From NCBI GenBank assembly GCA_964016885.1, contig OZ024740.1, positions 195,734,001 to 195,798,000 on the forward strand: 64,000 nt of DNA, given 5' to 3'. The translations under genes and the position numbers were made by a program. Of this stretch, positions 36,090 to 48,454 are shown piece by piece. The stretch's first letter is position 1. Every line of letters starts with the position of its first letter. Source of the stretch: Eledone cirrhosa. Its lineage: Eukaryota. The notes under the pieces are model-generated. The model had not been told where the DNA came from. It saw only the letters and a list, made by a program, of their open reading frames with translations, and did no database searches.

Positions 36090-39000
36090 TAATGTTAGAT
36101 TTAGGGTTAGTGTTAGGGTAAGTTTTACTGTTAATGGTAAGTTTATTGTTAGTGACTGTGTTACTGTTAGCATTACTGTCACTGTTAGTGTTACTGTAAC
36201 TGTTACTCTTACAGTTACTGTTTGCGTTACTGTCTGCATCAGCGTTAGCATTTGCATAAGCGTCTATGTAAGCTTTTGTGTTAGTGTCTATGTAGACTGG
36301 TGTTAGCATCTGCGTAAGTGTCAGCATCTATGTCAGCATTTGCGTCAGCGTCTGCATTGGTGATAGTGATTGTGTCAGCATTTCCCTTAGGGTCTGAGTC
36401 AACATTAGTGTTAGCATTAGTGTTTGTTTCAGTGCCTACGTCTACGTCAGCTTCTGAGTCAGCATTATCATTAGCGTCCGCGTCAGCACTTGTGTCAGTG
36501 TCAGCATTTCCCTCAGTGTTTGCATTAGTGTTTGAGTCAGTGTTTGCATTTGTGTAGGGGTTAGCATTTGCGTCAGCATCTGCATCAGCATTCACATTAG
36601 CATTAGCGTTTGCGACAGCGTTTCCTTTAACGTCTTTGTCAGCATTTCCGTTAGCTTCTGTGTCAGCATTTCCGACTTTGTCTGTGTCAGCGTCAGTATT
36701 TACATCTACATCAGCGTCAGTGTTTCAGTTAACGTCAGTGTTTACGTTAGCATCTGTGTCAGCGTTTTGTTAGCTTCTACGTCAGCGTTTACGTTAACAT
36801 CTACGTCATCATTTACGTTAGCTTCTACGTCAGCGCTTACATTAGTGTCTGTGTCAGCGTTTGTGTTAGCTTCTACGTCAGCGTCAACGTCTCTATTTAC
36901 ATCTACATCAACGTTTACATTTGCGTCTGTGTCAGCGTTTACGTTAGCTTCTGCGTCATCGTTTACATTAGCGTCTGTGTCAACGTGTGTTAGCATCTGT
37001 GTCAGCGTTTATGTTAGCGTCTGCGTCAGTGTTTATATTAGCATCTGCGTCAGTCTTTACGTTAGCATCTGTGTTAACGTGTGTTAGCATCTGTGTCAGC
37101 ATTTTCATTAGTGTTTGCATCAGTGTTTCCTTTAGCTTCTACGTCAATGTTTACGTCTGCGTTAAAGTTCACATTAGCATCGCTGTCATCGTTTGCATCA
37201 GCATTTGCGTTTGCTTTAACATCTGCATCAACATTTGCGTCTGTGTTTGCATTAGTGTTTGCATCAGCGTGAGCATTTGTGTCAGTGTCCACGTCAGCGT
37301 TAGAGTCTGTGTAGCATTTACATCAGCGTGTGCGTCAGAGTCTTTGTCAGCATTCGCCTTTGCACCTGCATCAGTATTCACGTTAGTGTTTGTGTCAGCG
37401 TAAGCGATTGTGTCAACATTTGCGCTAGCGTTTGTGCCAGCGTTGGTGTTAGTGTTTCCATTAGTGTTCGTGTTAGTGTTTGGTTTTGTATTAGTGTTAG
37501 TGTTCAGGTTAGTGTTAGTGTCTGTGTTAGTTTTCAGGTTAATGTTGACTTAGTTTTCTGGTTAGTGTTAGTTTTCAGATTAGGGCTCGTGTTACTTTTA
37601 GTGTTAGTGCTCAGGTTAGTGGTTTATGGTAGTGTTTGTGTTCAGGTTAGTTTTAGTGTTATTTTTTCCATTAGTGTTAGTGTTTTATGTTATGTTAATG
37701 TTTGTGTTAGTGTTTCCATTAGTGTTAGTGTTAGTCTTTGTTTTTCTGTTAATGTTAGTGTTTGTTTTACTGTTGAGGTTAATGTTAGCTTAGTTTTCTG
37801 GTTAGTATCAGTTTTCGTGTTAGTTTTAGTGTTAAGGTTAGTGTTAGAGATTGTGTTAGTGTTTGTTTTTGTGTTAGTATCTCTGTTAGCATTAGTGATT
37901 GATGTTTCCATTAGTGTTAGTGGTTGTGTTAGTGTTAGTCTTTGTTTTTGTGTTAATGTTAGCATTAGTATTTCTGTTAGTGTTAGCATGAGTGTTTGTG
38001 TTAGTGTTCAGGTTAATGTTAGCTTAGTTTTCAGGTTAGTGTTAGTGTTCAAGTTAATGTTAGTTTTAGTGTTCAGGTTAATGTTAGTGTTTGTTTTTGC
38101 GTTAGTATCTCTGTTAGTGTTAGTTTTAGTGTAAGTGTTCAGGTTAGTGTTCAAGTTAATGTTAGTGTTAAGGTTAGTGTTAGAGATTGTGTTAGTGTTA
38201 TTATTTGTTTTTGTGTTAGTATCTTGGTTAGCATTAGTGTTTGATGTTTCCATTAGTGTTAGTGATTGCGTTAGCGTTAGTCTTTGTTTTTGTGTTAAGG
38301 TTAGCGTTAATGTTAGCATTAGTATTTCTGTTAGTGTTAGCATAAGTGTTTATGTTAGTGTTCAGGTTAATGTTAGCTTAGTTTTCAGGTTAGAGTTAGT
38401 GTTCAAGTTAATGTGAGTTTTAGTGTTCAGGTTAATGTTAGTGTTAGTTTTTATGGTAGTGTTAGTGTTACTGTTAGTGCTCAGATCAGTGTTAGTGTTT
38501 GTGTTACTGTTTATGGTAGTGTTAGTTTTAGTGCTAGTGTTTAGGTTAATGTTAGTTTTAGTGTAAGTGTTCAGGTTAGTGTTAGTGTTCAAGTTATGTT
38601 AGTGTTAATGTTAGTTTTAGTGTTAAGGTTAGTGTTAGAGATTGTGTTAGTGTTTGTTTTTGTGTTAGTATCTCTGTTAGCATTAGTGATTGATGTTTCC
38701 ATTAGTGTTAGTGATTGTGTTAGTCTTTGTTTTTGTGTTAATGTTAGCATTAGTATTTCTGTTAGTGTTAGTATGAGTGTTTGTGTTAGTGTTCAGGTTA
38801 ATGTTAGCTTAGTTTTCAGGTTAGTGTTAGTGTTCAAGTTAATGTTAGTTTTAGTGCTAGAGATTGTGTTAGTGTTTGTTTTTGTATTAGTATCTCTGTT
38901 AGTGTTAGTTTTAGTGTAAGTGTTCAGGTTAGTGTTAGTGTTCAAGTTAATGTTAGTGTTCAAGTTAACGTTAATGTTAAGGTTAGTGTTAGAGATTGTG

Positions 39001-40020
39001 TTAGTGTTAGTATTTGTTTTTGTGTTAGTATCTTGGTTAGCATTAGTGTTTGATGTTTCCATTAGTGTTAGTGATTGCGTTAGCGTTAGTCTTTGTTTTT
39101 GTGTTAAGGTTAGCGTTAATGTTAGCATTAGTATTTCTGTTAGTGTTAGCATAAGTGTTTATGTTAGTGTTCAGGTTAATGTTAGCTTAGTTTTCAGGTT
39201 AGAGTTAGTGTTCAAGTTAATGTTAGTTTTAGTGTTAAGGTTAGTGTTAGAGATTGTGTTAGTGTTAGTATTTGTTTTTGTGTTAGTATCTCTGTTAGCA
39301 TTAGTGTTTGATGTTTCCATTAGTGTTAGTGATTGCGTTAGCGTTAGTCTTTGTTTTTGTGTTAAGGTTAGCGTTAATGTTAGCATTAGTATTTCTGTTA
39401 GTGTTAGCATTAGTGTTTATGTTAGTGTTCAGGTTAATGTTAGCTTAGTTTTCAGGTTAGAGTTAGTGTTCAAGTTAATGTTAGTTTTAGTGTTAGTGTT
39501 AGAGATTGCGTTAGTGTTTGTTTTTGTGTTAATATTTGTGTTAGTATCTCTGTTAGCATTAGTGTTTGTTTTAGTGTTGAAGTTAATGTTAGCTTCGTTT
39601 TCTGGTTAGTATCAGTTTTCAGATTAATGTTTGTGTTAGTGTTACTTTTAGTGTTAGTGCTCAGGTCAGTGTTAGTGTTTATGGTAGTGTTAGTTTTAGT
39701 GCTAGTGTTCAGGCTAATGTTTGTGCTAATGTTAGTTTTAGTGTAAGTATTCAGGTTAGTGTTCGTGTTTGTATTAGTGTTTACGGTAGTGTTAGTTTTA
39801 GTGCTGGTGTTCAGGTTAGTGTAAGTGTCAGTTTTAGTGCTAGTGTTCAGGTTAGTGTTTGTGTTAGTTTTCTATTTAATGTTAGTTTTCAGATTTTGTG
39901 TTTGTGTTAGTTTTTATGTTAGCGCTAAGTTCACTGTTAGAGCATGTGTGAGTGCAAGTGTTAGAGCATGTGTAAGTGTTATTTTTAAAGTTCGGTTTTA
40001 GCTTAAAGTTAAGTTTTCTA
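36090..40020. repeat. Degenerate hexamer-period satellite, copy 2
   Basis: Paralogous to 25360-28810, with different internal duplications. Confidence 0.9.
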
Positions 40021-43000
40021 CTTTCCAGGAAAAAAGTTGATCCTCTCTAATTCGAGTGGTGTGATATAGTGTGGTAAAGTATAGTGTTTCATAGTCTTGT
40101 GTGGTGTTGTCTATAGTTGTATAGTGTAGTATGGTATATTGTTTCATAGCATGGTCTGATGTGAGGTCGTACAGTGTTTCGTAGTGTGGTGTTGGATAAT
40201 GTGGTATGGTATAATGTTTGTCAGTGTGGTGTGGTATGGTATAGGTTGATGTAGTGTGGCTTAGTTTGATTATAATAATACAAATAATAATAACAATAAT
40301 AATAGTAATAGTAATAATAATTGTTCTTCTTGTTCATTTTCTTTGTCTTCTTCTGTGCCTTTGTTTTCTTCTGTGCCATTGACTGCTTCTGTGCCTTTGA
40401 CTTCTTCTGTGCCTTTGTTTTCTTCTGTGCCTTTGACTTCTTCTGTGCCTTTATCTTCTCCTCTGCCATCTAAATACCAAAAACAAAGAATGTAAAACAT
40501 ATATGTTGCCTATCTCTCAGACTTTACAAAGTGCTGAGGAGATAAAATTAATTTAAAGAGCAGTGTGCTCATGCACTGTGATCCTATAATGTAGCTTATA
40601 AGCTATTTCATAACTAAAAAACAATGTCAAACATCAACAAAAGTATATACAAATATCATTGAATGTTTAAGTTAAACCTAAATAGATCGTATCTACAGGT
40701 CATTAGGTTAAGACTGAACTAAGATCATATCTATAAATCATTAGGTTTAGCCTGAACTGAGATCATACTTTCTTCTTCTTTTCGTCATCTTCGTTTCCCG
40801 TGTCTTCTTTGTCTTTGTTGTCATTTTCATTTTAGTCGTCTGCTTCATCGTCTTTTTCTTCTTTTCCATCTAAATATAAAAAAAAATTGTAAACAAATAT
40901 ATAGCTGATCACTCAGACTTTCACGAAACACCGAGGAGATACAGTTAATATAACGAGTGGGGAGCTCATATATATATGGTATAGCATGGTGTTATGTGGT
41001 CTGGTGTGGTACAACATGGTGTGATGTGGTGTGGTATGATATGGTGAGACGGGGGGGAGGACACAACGTTAGATTAACGTTAACAATACACATGTAGCAT
41101 CCATCTACAGGTGATTAAGTTAAGACTGAGGTGTAATCATATGAAAAGGTCAATTTAAAATTACACTGAGATCCTGCTTAAAATGATGGTCAATGAAGTG
41201 TTTACTTACTCAGATCCTTTGAAATAACTTTCTCTTACTGTAACTGGACATACCTACGAAATAGAAAACAGTCGAATAGACAGTGGTGTGGTGTGGTGTA
41301 GTGTAGTGGAATGTGGTTTAGTGTAGTGGACAGTGGTGTGGTGGAGTGGAGTGTGGTTCAATGTAGGATGTGGGATATGGTGTAGTGAGTGTGGTGGGAT
41401 GTAGTGTGGTAGCATGTGGTGTGATGGCATGTGATGTGATGTGGCGAGGCATGGTGAAATGTGATGTGATGTGATGAAATGTGGCGTGGCATGGTGAAAT
41501 GTGATGTGATGTGATGAAATATGGCGTGGCGTGGTGAAATGAGGTGAGGCGAGACAAGACGAGATGAGATGAGATGAGATGAGTGATGTGATGTGATATG
41601 GTGTGGTCTGATGTGGTGTGGTGTGGTGTGATGTGATGTGATGTGATGTGGTGAGATGGGGTGTGGTGTGATGTGATGGCGTGCGGAATGATTTGATGTA
41701 ATGTGAAATTTTTTCATCCTATTTTTCATGTGCTATCAACTAATCCAATTTCCAAGATGCTTGAAACTGACTTTTTCCCCCCAGGAAAACGGCGGGGTGA
41801 GGTGGTTCCCCCTTCACCCAGATAACCCCTGCTTACTCGGAATTTTCCCTTTGATTCTATTTTCATGCGTTATGAGTGAATATGACTTCGAAACCAGTCA
41901 AAAACAACTAGCTTTGGAGAAAGAGGAGGGGAAAGAGTTTTGCAGATCTACACCCCACTCACATGTTGTGGGACTTAATCATTTTCGGTATATTTCCTAT
42001 GCTATTTCCTATGCTATTTCCTATGCTATTTCCTATGCTATTTCCTATGCTCTTTCTTGTGCTATTAATTAATCTGACCTCCTAGATGCTTCCAATCAAC
42101 TTATTTCCCTGGGTTGGGTTTAGGGTTGGGGTAATGTTTAGGGTTTAGTTTTAGGGTTGGGGTAAAGTTTAGGGTTTAGTTTTAGGTTTAGGGTAATGTT
42201 TAGGGTCTAGTTTTAGGTTTGGGGTAATGTTTAGGGTTTAGTTTTATTGTTGGGGTATAGTTTAGGGTTAGTTTAAGGGTTGGGGTAATGTTTATATTTA
42301 TATTTAGCTTGGTTTGGTTTACATTTAGAGTTTAGGGTTGGAGCTAGATTTACTTTTGTTTAATTTAGTTTTAGTTTCCAAATCCCAGAAAAAAAAAATT
42401 GATTCAGAGCAACTAAAAGGTCAGATTAGTTGATAGCACTCAAAAGGAGACCGAAGACAAATCATTAGGGTATATATCTACAAAACGACAATGGTTTTTC
42501 CACCTGCTTTACCCCTCCTTTTTCCTAGAACAACTAATCATTTCCAACTGGTTTGGAGGTCATATTCGTTGATAACATACGAAAAATCTTAGAGAAAACT
42601 CTGGGGTTAAATGAGAGAAGTGCATCCTCGATAGTTTTCCATGAAGAGAGAGTTTAATAACAAACATCTTTGAGTTCGGATTAGTTGATAACACATGACA
42701 AAAAGATGAGGAAAAAATGTTGGGTGTTATGTGGTGTGGAGTAGTGTGGTGTGTTTTTATGTGGTGTGATGTAGTGATGTGTGTTTTTATGTGGTGTGAT
42801 GTAGTGAGGTGTGTTGTGTTGTGGTGTTATGTAGTGTGGTGGGTACTTATGTGGAGTGATGTAGTGAGGAGTAGTGTGTTATGTGGTATAGTGTTGTATG
42901 TTTTTATGTGGTGTGGTGAAGTGTGGTGTGATGTGGTGCGGTGAAGTGTGGTGTTGTACAGTGCGGTGTTGTGCAGTGAGGTTCTTCATCTTTATCTTTA

Positions 43001-43310
43001 TCTTCTTCATCTTTGTATTCATCTTCTTTGTTTTGTCTTCCATCTAAACAAAAAAATATATATATAAAACATATATGTAGCCAATCTCTCAGACTTTTAC
43101 AAAGCTCCAGGGAGATAAATTTAATATAAGTGGTATGTTCCTGAACAGAAATACTACAAAACAGCTTAAAGTATATAGATATAGATAGGTAAATATAAAC
43201 GGGTGTGTATGATTGTGTATAGAAGATTATATTAATGAAAGGAATTCTAACTTTGTCTGATTTACTCGTTTTATTTACAATCCTTTAAAATGATAATGGT
43301 ATTAGAACGA

Positions 43311-44383
43311 AATAGTATGGTAGAATATTAAGTGTTAAGTGTTAATTGAACAAGTACTTTCATGCTTTCGCAATCTTCAGGTTCTTATTCTGTGGTGACA
43401 GTGAAGTTTGCAATTTTCAACTGTAATGAGATGGGTAAATTTTGTGCCTTATATACAGTGAAAAGCGGCTGCAGAATGCTAAATCTTGCAAACTGTATTT
43501 CGACCAATCGGTGTGTAGTTTCACTGGACTACTGAAGCTGATTGGTTTAAGCATCACGGTTGGTTGGGCATGTCTAACGACTTCTATTTGGCCCTATTCA
43601 AAGTATCAATTGTTTTGATATTTTTAGAAATGATGAAAATAGCATTTTCTAGGGTTTTTATACCCTAAGAATTATTATTGTTCATTTAGCTTGGGTTTGA
43701 ATTTTGAAAAATATTCCCAAATGCACATATGAACTGCAAAAGCAGAAATCTAATTTACTGCATTAAATGCCCGAATTGTGAAGAACTAATAATCGGTCAA
43801 ACTGGAAATGCACTATCGGAACGTGCACGGGTGCACCGACAGAAAATCAGAGACCCCAAATGTCCGTCAGATACCCCTGAGTAACCATCTAGCAACATAT
43901 GGTCAGAAAATATTTATATTTCCATTCTACAAATTACACAGCCCAAGTGAAATCAAGAGAAAAATCAAAGAAAAGAATTTTATTGATAAATTCCAACCCA
44001 AGCTAAATGAACAATAATAATTCTTAGGAGTATAACAACACTAGAAAATGCTATTTTCATCATTTCTAAAAAATAGCAAAACAATTGATGCTTTGGATAG
44101 AGCCAAATAGAAATCGTTAGACATGCTCAATCAACCGTCATGCCTAAACCAATCAGCTTCAGTAATCCAGTGAAACTACACACTAATTGGTCGAAATACA
44201 GTTTGCAAGATTTAGCATTCTGTAGCCGCTTTTCACTGTATATAAGGCACAAAATTTACCCATCTCATTACAGTTGAAAATTGCAAACTTCACTGTCACC
44301 ACAGAATAAGAACCTGAAGATTGCGAAAGCATGAAAGTACTTGTTCAATTAACATTTAACACTTAATATTCTACCATACTATT
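43311..44383 (+). mobile_element. Penelope-like element 3' remnant (GIY-YIG endonuclease) with an inverted pLTR
   Basis: ~395-bp inverted arms at 43311-43704 and 43988-44383. The centre translates NCKSRNLIYCIKCPNCEELIIGQTGNALSERARVHRQKI...[frameshift]...KIKEKNFIDKFQPKLN*. Confidence 0.9.
44310..44346 (+). ncRNA. Minimal hammerhead ribozyme of the Penelope pLTR (mirror copy at 43348-43384, minus)
   Basis: GAAC-CTGAAGA-T TGC GAAA GCA T-GAA-AGTACT-T-GTTC. The palindromic AGTACT stem III is of the type described for dimer-acting PLE hammerheads. Confidence 0.7.
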
Positions 44384-44391
44384 CAGATTAC

Positions 44392-44465
44392 ATCTATATA
44401 TATATACATACATCTATATATATATACATATATACATATATATATATATATACATATATATATAC

Positions 44466-44500
<35 letters not shown>

Positions 44501-44525
44501 CATATATATATACATATATATATAC

Positions 44526-44556
<31 letters not shown>

Positions 44557-44569
44557 CATATATATATAC

Positions 44570-44602
<33 letters not shown>

Positions 44603-44607
44603 CATAC

Positions 44608-44640
<33 letters not shown>

Positions 44641-44641
44641 C

Positions 44642-44738
<97 letters not shown>

Positions 44739-44744
44739 CATACA

Positions 44745-44776
<32 letters not shown>

Positions 44777-44820
44777 CATATATATATATATACATACATC
44801 TATATATACATGCATATATA

Positions 44821-44851
<31 letters not shown>

Positions 44852-44927
44852 ATACATACATATATATATATACATATATATATATACATACATATATATA
44901 TATACATATACATACATATATATATAT

Positions 44928-44960
<33 letters not shown>

Positions 44961-45315
44961 CATTCATATATATACATACATACACACATATACATATATA
45001 CAAATACACATATACATGCATATATATACACATATACATATATACATATACAATATGTATATGATTCCTTTCCCTTTGAGCACATAATTTACAGGGAATA
45101 ACGCGACTATGGCTCCGTTAATTTATCTTCATATATATATATGCATATATATATATACATACACACACAGATATATGCATACACACACACATATGCATAC
45201 ACATATATATACATACACATATATATACATACACACACACATATATATAGATATACATACATATATATAGATTCATACATACATATACACACACACGTAT
45301 ATATATATATATATA
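44392..45315. repeat. (AT)n/(TACA)n microsatellite tracts
   Basis: Direct inspection. This is the source of the YIYIC and HIYTY ORFs. Confidence 0.95.
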
Positions 45316-46005
45316 AAGTACTTGACGATGAGCATTCTAGTTGTTCAATAAACTGATTGAATAATACAAACGATGTTTTAATATACAGATTCCTTATTTG
45401 TGTATATATAATATATACAAAGCATATAAATAAATTTACAGTAGAATAACATAGCAAATATGTTTTAAATATATACATAAATAACATTACCAATGCTTAA
45501 ATAACATTATAAATTGCTCGCGATTCTTTCAGAAGGATATATTCCTTTAATGTTACAATATTAAAGAAAATATACGTATATATATATATATATACATACA
45601 TATATTTATTCAACTAAGGAAAGTTGGTTGATTGAAAATCTGCCGACTCTTTCCACTCAACAGTTTATGTTTATCCGGAGTTTTATTATAATAATTGTTT
45701 CTACTTTGGCACAAGGCCAGCAATTACCCAGTGTATTACTGGTACTTTATTTTATCGACCCCATAAGGATGAAAGGCAAAGTTAACCTCAGCGGGTTATA
45801 ATAATAAACAAGTAAAAATCACCAGTGTATGGAATCTATAACCTATGAAAGGCAGACTATAGACACGATAATTAAAAATATAAATTAAAGCGTAAATAAA
45901 TACCTCTATAACTATATAACACACGTACACATCCAAAGAGATCTGTTTCACCAGTAAGTTGTTGACACCCCGGTTACTCAGCTTCAGACAACACTAAGAG
46001 AATTT

Positions 46006-46098
46006 TGGCGCCAAACTTTTCCTTTTGAAAGAAAAATGGCGCCAAACTTTTCCTTTTGAAAGAAAAATGGCGCCAAACTTTTCCTTTTGAAAGAATAA
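46006..46098 (+). repeat. Three 31-bp tandem repeats (tggcgccaaacttttccttttgaaagaaaaa)
   Basis: Head-to-tail copies without spacers. A single copy with the same downstream flank occurs at ~50142-50215. Confidence 0.85.
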
Positions 46099-46804
46099 TG
46101 TGATTTGTCACGTGATTGTATTCACGTGATATTACCTCTAAATATGTGAATACCTACACAGCATTCTCCTCACGAAGGGAGAGAGTGGCGATCGGAAACA
46201 TATATACATATACACACAAACACATATATATATATACACACACGCAGAAACACACACATACAATAACGACGTGTACTACTATTCTGGAGGAGCGAATGAT
46301 GGAGAAGATGAAGCTCTCTGCCGCAGAATAAATGGTATTTAATTTTAATAATAATACTATATATATATATATATAGATGAGATTCTACAGGACTAGAACT
46401 GTTTCATTCTTTAGAAATCATCAGGAATTGATGATTTCTAAAGAATGAAACAGTTCTAGTCCTGTAGAATCTCATCCTATATTAAAATTTTTATACTCTG
46501 CAATGTATGTCCAGTCACCCTCCAGTCACATGTCCTGCAGGATGTCCAGTCACCCTCCTCACCAAGAAACCTTGGTGGGGTTGCCAGTTTAGTCGCCAAC
46601 GACCCGACCATGAGACAGGTTGTACTGGGATACATGTTACCAGTAGCACCAACTGGTGACCTGACATACATACATATATACATACATATACACACATACA
46701 CATATACATACATACATACATACACACATATATATATATATATATACATACACATATACATACATACATAGATATATATATACATACATACATATATACA
46801 TACA

Positions 46805-47820
46805 GAGGAAAAAGGTTGGCAACCATCTTGCCCAGGTTTATGAGCATGAAAAAAGAAATTTCATTAGAATAGCGACTGATCTGGAGGAGAGATATGGAAT
46901 AAAGCCTGATATAAATCTCTCACCCAGAGAAGTCGGAAGATCCTATTCAATGTTCAAACAAGATAAAAAAATTGACCAATTTACAGAAAAAGTTCTGCAT
47001 GGATACTTGAGACGTAAAACACAGACCATAGAGGGGATAAACCACTCAAAAAGCCTGGCATGGAGTTCCGACAAGTTTATGACATCACACCTTGAGGGAT
47101 ATCTCTATGCAATACAGGAAGAACTCCCTACCAAATATCTGCTGCACAAAAGAGGAGGGCCAGCAGCTGACAATAAATGTAGGCTATGTAAAACAAAGAT
47201 CGAAGAAGTAAGCCACATTGTTGCCAGCTGCTAAAGAATGTCATCTCACTACTACATCCCCATGGGATAGATTGAACGATCTGGAACGCACTTCGGAAAA
47301 CAAAATTAACAACAAACGAGGAAGAATATATTGAGACAGATGGCACTAAGGAATACTGGTGGAACCTGAAAATAAAAACTGCCACCAAATTAAAGCACAA
47401 CCGGCCTGATATTGTTGTTTGGGACCACACATTGAAAACGTGTTCTGTTGTGGAGATCACCTGCCCACTTGATGTAAACGTTGTCAGAAACATACAGGAG
47501 AAGGAGCACATCTACGGACCATTGATGAGGAGTTTACAAATCCAGTATCCAAGATACACCTTTAGCTTCATATCCATCATTATTGGAGCTACGGGTTATA
47601 TACCAACCCGCTTGGACCAAAGTATGAGTGAACTTGGATTTGCGGACAAAGAGCGCAGCTCCCTAATTCATAGTCTACAAATGGCTGCGATATCTGGCAC
47701 CTTCAAAATTTGCAAAACATTCTTGCGATTCAAGGGATGACAATTTCTTTTCTTTTACAACCATGCCACCAAGAAGGTGGCCGGTCAAAAAATATACTCG
47801 AAATTAAGAGAAAGAGATAA
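46805..47820 (+). mobile_element. R4/Dong-like RLE non-LTR retrotransposon, C-terminal part and 3' UTR
   Basis: AIQE, CRLC...SHIVASC zinc knuckle, HNRPDIVVWD...VVEITCP..K..Y restriction-like endonuclease and IIIGATG motifs. Stops and frameshifts present. Flanked by (TACA)n. Confidence 0.85.
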
Positions 47821-47889
47821 CATACATAGACATATACATACATATATACATATACATACATACACACATACATATATACATCCATACAT

Positions 47890-48440
47890 GGTGGCTGCCA
47901 ACTCGTTTTCGAGTACGGCCACTACTTTATATCCATGTAGGAGAACCCCTACCGATGCGCTGAACGAGTGTGACTTTTTAGTCCAGCCAACGACTTGAAA
48001 ACTCTGGTACAAACACTACACTTGCGACAATTATTGACACATAGTGCTGGGCCCATGGTACCATGTAACGAAAAGTGCAGAGAGATCTCCAGATCGTGAA
48101 GCTTTTATAGTGCCGTGAAGCTTTTATAGTGAGCAAAGGCACTGCACAAAGCCAGTCCCACTCTCTTAACCAAGATGATATTTACCAAAAAGAAGAACAA
48201 GTCAACATCATTGGATACCATCAGGGTTGCAGGTGTTATATCAGAGTTTTCCTTCTCTTAGAATTCTGCATTGACAAAGGCTAAGGGGTCATCTATCCCA
48301 GTGATTTTGGATGGCCATTGACTCTTAAGAGCTCCTTTGCTCTTTGACAGGTTTTGTTTTTAGTCCTGCAGGATGTCGAAAGTCACCCTCCTCACCAAGA
48401 AACCTTGGTAGGGTTGCCAGCGACCCGACCATGGGACATA
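47890..48440 (-). mobile_element. Probable RTE-type 5' UTR fragment (partial second copy at 46515-46665)
   Basis: Shared block catggtcgggtcg..ggcaaccc.accaaggtttcttggtgaggagggtgac, plus gagaaggaaaactctga, which resembles RTE 5' regions. Confidence 0.4.
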
Positions 48441-48454
48441 CATACATACATATA

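Larger units (their letters stand above)
23810..43230. repeat. Large tandem duplication: unit 1 ~23810-34115, unit 2 ~34605-43230, with a partial copy 34116-34600 between them
   Basis: Collinear near-identical blocks, e.g. 25312/36042, 29012/40221 and 32418/41708. Both units end in tgtatagaagattat (34115, 43230). Confidence 0.95.

Noticed and set aside
25312-39609. Asp/Asn/Ala/Thr-rich and LVLV-type ORFs resembling biomineralisation, antifreeze or membrane proteins
   Set aside because: They are by-products of a 6-nt-period satellite. Several frames are open on both strands, the frames break differently in the two copies, and no signal peptide or splice structure was seen.
44383-45493. Long YIYIC/HIYT ORFs
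   Set aside because: Translations of (AT)n/(TACA)n microsatellite.
46006-46098. 31-bp repeats of CRISPR-like length
   Set aside because: Head-to-tail with no spacers, no cas genes, and a eukaryotic context.
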